Source: Candidatus Nomurabacteria bacterium (GTDB lineage Bacteria > Patescibacteriota > Patescibacteriia > HK-STAS-PATE-3). From it: a stretch of DNA of 64,000 nucleotides. A model generated the notes under the pieces. That model had not been told where the DNA came from. It searched no databases and saw only the letters and a program-made list of their open reading frames with translations. Location of the stretch: assembly GCA_023898465.1 (NCBI GenBank), contig CP060223.1:352001-416000 (forward strand), written 5' to 3'. Of this stretch, positions 48,225 to 55,367 are shown in pieces; position 1 is the first letter of the stretch, and every line of letters starts with the position of its first letter. The translations under genes were made by a program, and so were the position numbers.

Positions 48225-49653
48225 AAAGTGTTTGTATGTCTGTACGGGTTATCCCTCCAACTAGGAAGAAGGCAATGGCATAAATAATCGCGGCGATCGG
48301 TAGCAGGGCAAAGACAGACAAGCTAGAACCAAGCGCTAAAAGAATCCCTACCATAATCGCAGAAGCAATGAGGCTGCGAGCCCAACGTCCGAGGAGCCAA
48401 ACGATGCGATACTTCGCCACTTTCCATGACCAGATTGTGCTGAGCACAAAGAGTACTAATGCACTAAGGAGCGCTGCTGCACTTGCTCCAACATGCTGCC
48501 ATTGTGGGATAAGAATAACATTCGCCACGATGTTAACAATGGTTGTAATCATTATATTAATCGTGTGAATTTTCTGTTTATTACATGCTCCAAGCAAGGT
48601 TCCGGCAATGAGATTAATGAAAATAAATGGAAGGCTAAGGATGGAAACCTGCAAAGCTGAAATACTCTGGGCGTAGGTTGGCCAAAGATTTGGGTTGGTG
48701 ATCAGAGGACCAGCGAGGACAAAAACACCAGCCGCAATTGGTGTGCCAATACTGAGCATGAAAAAATATGATTGTTCAAGCAAGCGTCGCAGCTTATCCT
48801 GTGAGCTAAGATAAAGCTCACTGAAGGCCGGAAAGACACTATTAGAGATTGCTAAAGGTAAAAACTGAATAGCATACGTAAGCTTGTAGGCAACACTGTA
48901 CCATCCCACATGTGCGTCATCCGTCATCTGTTTAAGTAAGACAATATCAACGTAGGCATAGAGCTTCGTGAAGATGCCAGCCAGGAAAAACGGTGTTGCC
49001 CACTTAGCAAATTGCTTGATAACCGAAAGATCAATCCGAGGAGTAACTTTGAATTTCAGCGTCCTGACCATATGCCAAAGTGCATAGGAAAAGTTTGCCA
49101 AGGCGCCGAGCATCACGGCAATACCCAGGATAATCGGACTAGGGTTAATTACTAAGCCAACAATGCCGAAACCTAGCACAAAGACTTGGTGAATAATCGT
49201 TCCAGTGGCTTCGTAGCGGAAGTTTTGATACCCACGAAAAATGCCATACAGCGTAACGCTGAAGGATTCGATAACCATTGAGATTCCAGCCAGCCAAAGC
49301 ACTTCTTGGGTAAGAATATCGTATCCTAAAATGAGTGCGGTAACCCAAATTCCGGCATAGGCCAGCACCGCCAAGAAAATTTTAATCGCCAGTATGGTGG
49401 AAAGATAACTTTGCGTTTTCTCTTTTGCTCGAGCGACTTCACGAATAAGTACTGGGTTAAGTCCCAGATCAATACCAATGCTAAAGATCGTGACAAAAGA
49501 AATAGCAAAGACATAAATACCCGTATGCTCAGGTGAAAGTGTGCGAGAATAAAAAACAAAGTACCCAAATGAGAGCACTTTTTGTGCAATATACGCGGCC
49601 GTGAGATAGGTCGAGTTTCTAAGTACTTTTCCTGAACTTTCGGAAGGTGACAA
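48184..49653 (-). CDS. Wzx-like oligosaccharide flippase (MOP superfamily)
   Basis: About 14 TM helices, 489 aa, with a polysaccharide-biosynthesis-protein pattern. First gene of the glycan locus. Confidence 0.7.
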   Translation of the reverse strand: MSPSESSGKVLRNSTYLTAAYIAQKVLSFGYFVFYSRTLSPEHTGIYVFAISFVTIFSIGIDLGLNPVLIREVARAKEKTQSYLSTILAIKIFLAVLAYAGIWVTALILGYDILTQEVLWLAGISMVIESFSVTLYGIFRGYQNFRYEATGTIIHQVFVLGFGIVGLVINPSPIILGIAVMLGALANFSYALWHMVRTLKFKVTPRIDLSVIKQFAKWATPFFLAGIFTKLYAYVDIVLLKQMTDDAHVGWYSVAYKLTYAIQFLPLAISNSVFPAFSELYLSSQDKLRRLLEQSYFFMLSIGTPIAAGVFVLAGPLITNPNLWPTYAQSISALQVSILSLPFIFINLIAGTLLGACNKQKIHTINIMITTIVNIVANVILIPQWQHVGASAAALLSALVLFVLSTIWSWKVAKYRIVWLLGRWARSLIASAIMVGILLALGSSLSVFALLPIAAIIYAIAFFLVGGITRTDIQTLYGIIRRRNGATAE

Positions 49654-49699
49654 GTCGGAACCCTCTCACGAAATTATGATAAATCTGACGGAGTGCGAA

Positions 49700-50179
49700 C
49701 TAGCGCTTTTGCCACTGCGGTGCACGTCGAGCACGCTTCAGACCTGGCTTCTTACGCTCCTTCACGCGGGCGTCACGAGTAAGCCACCCAGCTTGTTTGA
49801 GAGCTTTACGATGCTCAGGGTCAGCCACGAGCAGGACGCGAGCAATGCCATGTCGAACTGCTTCAGCCTGACTGTGCTTACCACCACCCTGCACTTTTAC
49901 GGTGTAAGCAAAGCGCTCATCAGCTGCAACAAGATCAATCGGTGATTTCACGATGGTATGCAATTCCGGTTCTGGGAAGTACTCATTCAGTGGCTTTTCA
50001 TTCACTGTAATCTCCCCTACACCACCGGCTAAGCGGCGGACGCGAGCGACTGCGGTCTTACGTCGACCCACAGCATATAAGTAGTCTCGCTTCTTTGGTG
50101 CAGATTTTTTAGGTGCAACACCACGAGCTTTTCGTTCTCGGGCAACCTTTTGCTTTACCGTTGTCTTGCTTGTAGCCAT
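49700..50179 (-). CDS. rpsI: Ribosomal protein S9 (with N-terminal basic extension)
   Basis: …VGRRKTAVARV…GGGKHSQAEAVRHGIARVLL…. Confidence 0.9.
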   Translation of the reverse strand: MATSKTTVKQKVARERKARGVAPKKSAPKKRDYLYAVGRRKTAVARVRRLAGGVGEITVNEKPLNEYFPEPELHTIVKSPIDLVAADERFAYTVKVQGGGKHSQAEAVRHGIARVLLVADPEHRKALKQAGWLTRDARVKERKKPGLKRARRAPQWQKR

Positions 50180-50185
50180 AACTCG

Positions 50186-50560
50186 TTAAACTATATGAAG
50201 ATTCTTAAGTAGCTTTGCTTGAAGTCGATTCTTAGGCAGCATACGGCGGACCGCATCACGCAATACCTTTTCAGGAGATTTTGTAAATGCTTGACGCAGG
50301 GTTTGTTGCTTTAAATTACCAGTGTAGCCGGTATGCTTGTAGATTATCTTGTTATCCAGTTTATTCCCGCTAAAACTCACCTCGTTAAGGTTTTTTACAG
50401 TAACCTGAACAGGTGCAACCAGGTTTGGTTGATATGTTGCCTTATGCTTGCCTTGGAGATAGCGCGCGATTTCAGATGACATCCGTCCAAAGGTTTTGCC
50501 TTTAGCATCAAGCGTAATATGTTCGATTTGCATTTCCTTTGTCATACGCTTATTCAACAA
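50186..50560 (-). CDS. rplM: Ribosomal protein L13
   Basis: …DAKGKTFGRMSSEIARYLQGKHKATYQPN… The true start may be an internal ATG that avoids an 11-nt overlap with rplQ. Confidence 0.85.
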   Translation of the reverse strand: MLNKRMTKEMQIEHITLDAKGKTFGRMSSEIARYLQGKHKATYQPNLVAPVQVTVKNLNEVSFSGNKLDNKIIYKHTGYTGNLKQQTLRQAFTKSPEKVLRDAVRRMLPKNRLQAKLLKNLHIV

Positions 50561-50903
50561 ATTCTAAACTGACAATTGCAGCACCATCACCTTGGCGCTG
50601 ACCAAGTTTGATAATTCGAGTGTAGCCACCATTGCGCTTGGCAAAACGTGGGCCGACTTTGGTGAGTAGCTTATTCGCATTGCGTTCGTTACCAAGCAGA
50701 GAAATTAGGCGTCGGCGCTGTGCTAGGCTAGAAGTTTTACTGGCAGTAACCAGCTTTTCTACAAAGGGCTTAATATATTTTGCCCTTGCTTCTGTGGTCG
50801 TGATCCGCTCATGCAGAATAAAACTATTTGCCAAGGCCTTTTTCAAAGCTTCTCGGTTAGCCTTTGGGCGATTAAGTTTTTTTGTCGTTAATCGATGCCG
50901 CAT
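50550..50903 (-). CDS. rplQ: Ribosomal protein L17
   Basis: MRHRLTTKKLNRPKANREALKK… Overlaps rpoA by 4 nt. Confidence 0.9.
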   Translation of the reverse strand: MRHRLTTKKLNRPKANREALKKALANSFILHERITTTEARAKYIKPFVEKLVTASKTSSLAQRRRLISLLGNERNANKLLTKVGPRFAKRNGGYTRIIKLGQRQGDGAAIVSLEFVE

Positions 50904-50907
50904 GGAC

Positions 50908-51660
50908 TTATTTGCTTTCCTTAACCTCTTCTTCTGCTTCCTCAGCTACTTCTTCTTTTTCAGCTTCCTTCTCAGCGAGAGGTGCTTTTAACAAGTCAAA
51001 GTGAGCAAAGAGTACTTCGGCAGCATCACGGAAGGCTTGTTCAGGGTCAATAGTTCCATCAGTGGTAATATCCAGCTTCAACTTATCGAAGTTTGTCATT
51101 TGACCAACACGAACGTGCTCAGTTGAGAAGTTGACTGTGCGTACAGGTGTGTAAATAGCGTCGATAGCAATTTGACCGATTTCACGCTCTTCTTTTTCTC
51201 GTGTTTCAACTGGAATGTAGCCACGACCAGGAGCAACTCGTGCCTCTAGTTCAAATTCAGCATCTTTATCGGTTAAGGTGGCAATCACCTGTGAACCATT
51301 TACGATTTCTACCTGACTTGGAACAGTGAAATCTTTCGCTTTTACCACTTTGTCACCCTTTACCTTCAGGGTAATGGTCATTGGTTCGTCGCCTTGGAGC
51401 TTCAAGCGAACTGATTTGAGATTCAAAATAATGGTAACCACATCCTCTTTCACATTTGGAAGAGTGGTAAATTCATGATCAGCACCCTTAATTTTGACGT
51501 CTGTAATTGCAGCGCCAGGGAGTGAGCTTAAGAGCACGCGTCGCATAGCATTACCCAGAGTTGTACCGTAGCCTGGATAGCACGGGGTAACCGTGATGGT
51601 AGCGCTCTGAGCGTCTTTGCGCTCGACGTCGATGCTTGATGGAAGAGGAATGTTCTCCAT
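50908..51660 (-). CDS. rpoA: RNA polymerase alpha subunit, N-terminal domain only; an acidic tail replaces the alpha-CTD
   Basis: The alpha-NTD signature …TLGNAMRRVLLSSLPGAAIT… is present. At 250 aa the protein ends in EKEAEKEEVAEEAEEEVKESK. Confidence 0.85.
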   Translation of the reverse strand: MENIPLPSSIDVERKDAQSATITVTPCYPGYGTTLGNAMRRVLLSSLPGAAITDVKIKGADHEFTTLPNVKEDVVTIILNLKSVRLKLQGDEPMTITLKVKGDKVVKAKDFTVPSQVEIVNGSQVIATLTDKDAEFELEARVAPGRGYIPVETREKEEREIGQIAIDAIYTPVRTVNFSTEHVRVGQMTNFDKLKLDITTDGTIDPEQAFRDAAEVLFAHFDLLKAPLAEKEAEKEEVAEEAEEEVKESK

Positions 51661-51689
51661 AATCGTGTGAGGGTAAAAAACGGAACTAA

Positions 51690-52301
51690 TTATCGTGAAT
51701 AAAATTCGACGATCTGTGGCATTTCGATGCCAAGCTTCAAATCGTCCTCAGCCGGCAGTCGCTCTACACGGCCTTCAAGTTTATCTACATCTTGAGTAAG
51801 CCAAGATGGCAAAGTAGTATTTTTGGTAAGGAGTTTTTTCACATCCTGCCAATAGGCTGATTCTTTGCGGTTTTCATGTACGCTGATAAGGTCATTCACT
51901 TTTACTTCGTAGGAAGGAATAGTGAGTTTGCGACCGTTTACCAAGAAATGTCCGTGACTGATTAACTGACGAGCAGTGTCACGACTTGGCGCAAAACCAA
52001 GGCGGAAAACAACATTATCGAGACGGGTTTCTAAAAGCTGCAATAGAATTTCACCAGTATTACCTTGCTTGCGGATTGCTCGTTCGTAATATTTAACGAA
52101 TTGACGCTCTAAGAGACGATAAATCGCCTTTGCCTTTTGCTTCTCGCGTAGCTGAGTGCCGTAGGCTGAAACACGGCGATTCACACGTTGTCCGTGCATT
52201 CCTGGTGGATAATTTCGCTTTACCAGGATTTTTGACTTGATGCCGATATCTGCACCGGCTCGTCGAGATTGCTTTGCTTTAGGTGAGAGATTGCGTGCCA
52301 T
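51690..52301 (-). CDS. rpsD: Ribosomal protein S4
   Basis: Full-length S4 pattern with an S4 RNA-binding domain. Confidence 0.9.
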   Translation of the reverse strand: MARNLSPKAKQSRRAGADIGIKSKILVKRNYPPGMHGQRVNRRVSAYGTQLREKQKAKAIYRLLERQFVKYYERAIRKQGNTGEILLQLLETRLDNVVFRLGFAPSRDTARQLISHGHFLVNGRKLTIPSYEVKVNDLISVHENRKESAYWQDVKKLLTKNTTLPSWLTQDVDKLEGRVERLPAEDDLKLGIEMPQIVEFYSR

Positions 52302-52302
52302 A

Positions 52303-52773
52303 TTAGACTCTGCGTACTTTACGTGGACGACAGCCGTTATGTGGGGTTGGGGTGATGTCCTTGATGGAGTTGATGGTGAAACCTTGGGCGCTTAAGGCTC
52401 GGATAGCAGCCTCACGACCAGAACCAATACCCTTCACAAAAACGTCAAGCGTTTTTAAGCCGGTGTCGCGTACTTTTTCAGTAACATTTCGCACAATAAT
52501 TCCAGCTGCGTATGGGGTAGCCTTTTTCGGGCCCTTAAATCCAGCCATTCCGGATGATCCCCAGGCTAATGCGTTACCGCTTCCATCAGTCAAAGTGACA
52601 ATGGTGTTGTTATAGCTGGCTTGAATATGAGCTTGTCCATGTGTGACAAACTTCTTTTTCTTCTTTTTCTTACCTCGAGAAGATTTCACCGCTGGCGCAG
52701 CCGAAGTACTTGCTTCAGTGCTTTCAGCGACTTTTTCCTCTTTCTGTTCTGCTTGTGTTGCTTCTTCGCTCAT
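52303..52773 (-). CDS. rpsK: Ribosomal protein S11 (with an N-terminal acidic plus poly-Lys extension of about 40 aa)
   Basis: …GQAHIQASYNNTIVTLTD…GFKG…; K7 run near the N-terminus. Confidence 0.9.
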   Translation of the reverse strand: MSEEATQAEQKEEKVAESTEASTSAAPAVKSSRGKKKKKKKFVTHGQAHIQASYNNTIVTLTDGSGNALAWGSSGMAGFKGPKKATPYAAGIIVRNVTEKVRDTGLKTLDVFVKGIGSGREAAIRALSAQGFTINSIKDITPTPHNGCRPRKVRRV

Positions 52774-52776
52774 AGT

Positions 52777-53169
52777 TTATGTCTTTTCAGCTGCTGGTTT
52801 GCGACCTGAACCCATCGTACGTCGGACGTTACCGCGAACTGTACGTGAATTTGTCTTGGTTCGTTGCCCGTGGACTGGTAAGCCCTTTGAGTGGCGGGAT
52901 CCACGATACGCGCCAATATCCTTTAAACGCTTAATATTTGCGCTAATTTCACGACGAAGTTCACCTTCGACGCGGAATTCTTTTTCAATAAATTCGCGGA
53001 GTGTATTTGTCTGCTGCTCATCAAGGGCTTGCGTGCGCAAATCATTGCTAATTTTAGCCATTTCAAGAATTTTTTTGGCACGAGTCCGACCAATACCGTA
53101 AATGTAGGTCAGAGCAATTTCAATGCGTTTGTTGTTTGGGAGTGTTACTCCAGCGATACGAACAGCCAT
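52777..53169 (-). CDS. rpsM: Ribosomal protein S13
   Basis: [31 protein letters not shown]…. Confidence 0.9.
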   Translation of the reverse strand: MAVRIAGVTLPNNKRIEIALTYIYGIGRTRAKKILEMAKISNDLRTQALDEQQTNTLREFIEKEFRVEGELRREISANIKRLKDIGAYRGSRHSKGLPVHGQRTKTNSRTVRGNVRRTMGSGRKPAAEKT

Positions 53170-53171
53170 AA

Positions 53172-53285
53172 TTATCCTTGACGTTGCTTATGTCGTGGGT
53201 TTTCACATATCACGACAAGTCGCTTCTTTCTACGAATTAAGCGACATTTTAAACACATTTTTTTTACTGATGGACGTACTTTCAT
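53172..53285 (-). CDS. rpmJ: Ribosomal protein L36 (absent from the ORF track; found by hand translation)
   Basis: The minus strand translates to [37 protein letters not shown], 37 aa with a CxxC…C…H zinc ribbon. The start shares one nt with the infA stop (TAATG) and the gene ends 2 nt before rpsM. Confidence 0.85.
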   Translation of the reverse strand: MKVRPSVKKMCLKCRLIRRKKRLVVICENPRHKQRQG

Positions 53286-53536
53286 TAGTGTCGATAGGTA
53301 ATGCGACCCTTGGTTAAATCGTATGGCGTCATTTCAAGTGTCACCGAATCGCCTGGTACAATACGAATTTTGAACATTCGCATACGGCCAGACAGGTGGG
53401 CAAGCACTTCTTTGCCGTTTTCGAGCTCCACCCGAAACATTGCGTTTGGAAGTTGCTCGGTTACGGTGCCGATCAGCTCAATAAAACCCTTTTTATTTTC
53501 GCTGACATTGAGTTGTTTCTTTGGGTCTTTCGCCAA
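53285..53536 (-). CDS. infA: Translation initiation factor IF-1
   Basis: S1-like OB fold …[31 protein letters not shown]…. Confidence 0.9.
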   Translation of the reverse strand: MAKDPKKQLNVSENKKGFIELIGTVTEQLPNAMFRVELENGKEVLAHLSGRMRMFKIRIVPGDSVTLEMTPYDLTKGRITYRH

Positions 53537-53647
53537 AATAGAAAGTTGAACTAGGCGTTGTTATTGTGCACGCCTAACCCTGGTAAAAGCATCAGATCTA
53601 TTTCCAGATACGTCAGGGTCAATCACAAAGTCGTGCACACTGGCGCA

Positions 53648-53676
53648 ACTATAACGGATGTGGCTTTTCTCGTCAA
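53648..53676 (-). promoter_or_regulatory. Sigma70-type promoter of the infA-…-rpsI ribosomal operon (TTGACG-17-TATAGT on the minus strand)
   Basis: Reverse complement of CGTCAA at 53671-76 and ACTATA at 53648-53, with a 17-nt spacer. The hexamers match those of the tRNA-Gln promoter. Lies about 110 nt upstream of infA. Confidence 0.5.
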
Positions 53677-54003
53677 GAGTAAGCATGTTTTCTTACATAT
53701 TGAATATATTTGGCTAATATTAGCAAAAAGACAAAGACTCCTGCCCGGAACTCGATTCGAGCGCATCAATGAGTTCTCGCCTGTATGCAATGTCCCAGAC
53801 TTGTGGAGTACAGCGCCTCTCAACTCTGAAACTGGAAAAATATGACTTGTCGCGAGCTTTTGATGACAGTCCGAGCAGGAGCCTTTGCCCAAGTGCAACA
53901 ATACAAGGCTCTGCTGATGCAGCTACCTTGTAAAAAACACTCCTTGTGACAACGTGTACTCCCCTGCTTCCTTAAGCTAAGTGTACGCCGCTATCTTGTC
54001 ATG

Positions 54004-54408
54004 TCAAGCATTTTCCCGAACTTCCAGTTCGTCAAAGCCGGTTTCTTCGCTAAATACACGCTGGTACTCCACATCCTCAAATATGCCAATAACAATTTCG
54101 GCGGTAAATTTTACCTTACAACCATCGCGCAAGTGTCCACCTATGACATTTCCTTCCTTGTCGGATATAGACACATGAATGTGACACCCCTTTGATGAGA
54201 TTGTTCCGGTGCCGGAAACAATTTCAAATGGACCATCCCATTCTTTCACTGCTTGGTTGTTTGCCTCGGATCCCGCCATACGCAGGACAGCATTTTCTAG
54301 ACCACCTACGATGGAGAGTAAAACACCAGCCGAAACATTTTGCGTCCGCGCTTCAATCTCTTCTTTAAGGAGTTGTCCTGGCCGTAAACGAAAAGTAAGT
54401 TGTTTCAT
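54004..54408 (-). CDS. PPC-domain (DUF296) putative DNA-binding protein
   Basis: About 134 aa. The fold pattern …VLLSIVGGLENAVLRMAG…GPFEIVSGTGTIS…HIHVSISD…G.V.GGHL… is typical of PPC/DUF296. The start overlaps the Nudix stop (ATGA). Confidence 0.5.
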   Translation of the reverse strand: MKQLTFRLRPGQLLKEEIEARTQNVSAGVLLSIVGGLENAVLRMAGSEANNQAVKEWDGPFEIVSGTGTISSKGCHIHVSISDKEGNVIGGHLRDGCKVKFTAEIVIGIFEDVEYQRVFSEETGFDELEVRENA

Positions 54409-54839
54409 AGTACTTGAATTAACTCTATCACACCGCTAAGTAGATTACTTTCGCCGAGAGCATCGTCTCTATTAAACCAGCGTACCTCCGCCACTTTTTT
54501 GTCTTTGGCCACTGGCGTGCCTGATTCGAGGCGGCATTCATACGGGATAAGAATTACTTGCCAATCCACACCCTCATTTGTTCGCCACATTTTGGTTTGA
54601 ACAAGCGGAAGTAAACGAGTAATGCTTACTTCACAATCAATTTCTTCCTTTATTTCGCGATGAAGTGCTTGTTCAACTGTTTCATTTACTTCAATCTTTC
54701 CACCAGGAAATTCCCACTTGGCATCAGCCTCTGGAATAAGCTTATCAATTCGGCGTTGTAATAAAAGTTCACCGTTTTCGTTTGTAATGAGTCCGACAAC
54801 GATGATAATTTGCTTAACGTTATTTACGCTTGCATTCAT
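54405..54839 (-). CDS. NUDIX hydrolase
   Basis: The Nudix box GGKIEVNETVEQALHREIKEEID matches GX5EX7REUXEEXGU. The start overlaps the NADAR stop (ATGA). Confidence 0.75.
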   Translation of the reverse strand: MNASVNNVKQIIIVVGLITNENGELLLQRRIDKLIPEADAKWEFPGGKIEVNETVEQALHREIKEEIDCEVSITRLLPLVQTKMWRTNEGVDWQVILIPYECRLESGTPVAKDKKVAEVRWFNRDDALGESNLLSGVIELIQVL

Positions 54840-55306
54840 GTTAGTTCATTACGGATTTCCATCCAGATTTTACCAATCATATTCAGGCCTGTTTTTTGAG
54901 GTCCGTTACCCCAAAAATCATCGACAGGAGAGTTCTCAATAATTTCTTTATCACCTGTTTTCTTAAGAACCTCCATTACATCAGGATTTTGATTTACCTT
55001 AGCGCAAAAAATTTCCTTCATAATGCGCACTTTTTCAGAATGCCACTCCTTGTATATTTTTTCTTTATGTTTTTGTGCAAGTCGGTGAGCCATTTCCGGA
55101 CTTCGTGAAGCAAGTATTTCTTGTTTGACTTCAGGGTAGTCGCGAAATTTTTGCCATTGATATGCGTGCTCAGCAGTAGGAAAGCTTTGTCCCCATATGT
55201 CAATTCTATGGGCTGAAAAAGAATCGAAAACATGAAAGGCTGGAGTAAAAAAATATATTTCATCCCCGCTTTCCATATTTAGATCTTTACTTGAGCTTGG
55301 ATACAT
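54836..55306 (-). CDS. NADAR (YbiA/DUF1768) family protein
   Basis: It aligns by eye with E. coli YbiA: FPTAEHAYQWQKF matches WPTSEHYFQAQKF, SRSPEMAHRLAQ matches VSSPMVAARMGR, and DDFWGNGPQKTGLNMIGKIWMEIR matches DAYWGDGGHGKGKNRLGYLLMELR. Confidence 0.8.
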   Translation of the reverse strand: MYPSSSKDLNMESGDEIYFFTPAFHVFDSFSAHRIDIWGQSFPTAEHAYQWQKFRDYPEVKQEILASRSPEMAHRLAQKHKEKIYKEWHSEKVRIMKEIFCAKVNQNPDVMEVLKKTGDKEIIENSPVDDFWGNGPQKTGLNMIGKIWMEIRNELT

Positions 55307-55367
55307 ATACTAGAATACTATTTTATAAAACCGAACAGCTGAACTTTATTTCTAGTAGAGTTTGTAT

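Noticed and set aside
52643-53101. 152-aa plus-strand ORF, plus other long antisense ORFs (e.g. 17237..17698, 32319..32768, 39554..39880, 5707..6009)
   Set aside because: Each is fully antisense to a well-supported conserved gene (rpsK/rpsM, GT26, mreB, the mreB paralogue, and so on). Their products are compositionally odd and lack motifs.
53558-53901. Two overlapping approximately 90-aa ORFs (53558..53845 plus strand, 53623..53901 minus strand) in the infA upstream gap
   Set aside because: No RBS, no homology and mutually exclusive frames. The region is better explained as promoter and leader or a possible ncRNA.
54836-55306. NADAR gene acting as a riboflavin-pathway damage-control glycosidase (YbiA-like role)
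   Set aside because: This is possible by homology. However, no riboflavin biosynthesis genes are evident here, and the tight coupling to a Nudix hydrolase points more toward ADP-ribose metabolism. It is left as an alternative, not asserted.
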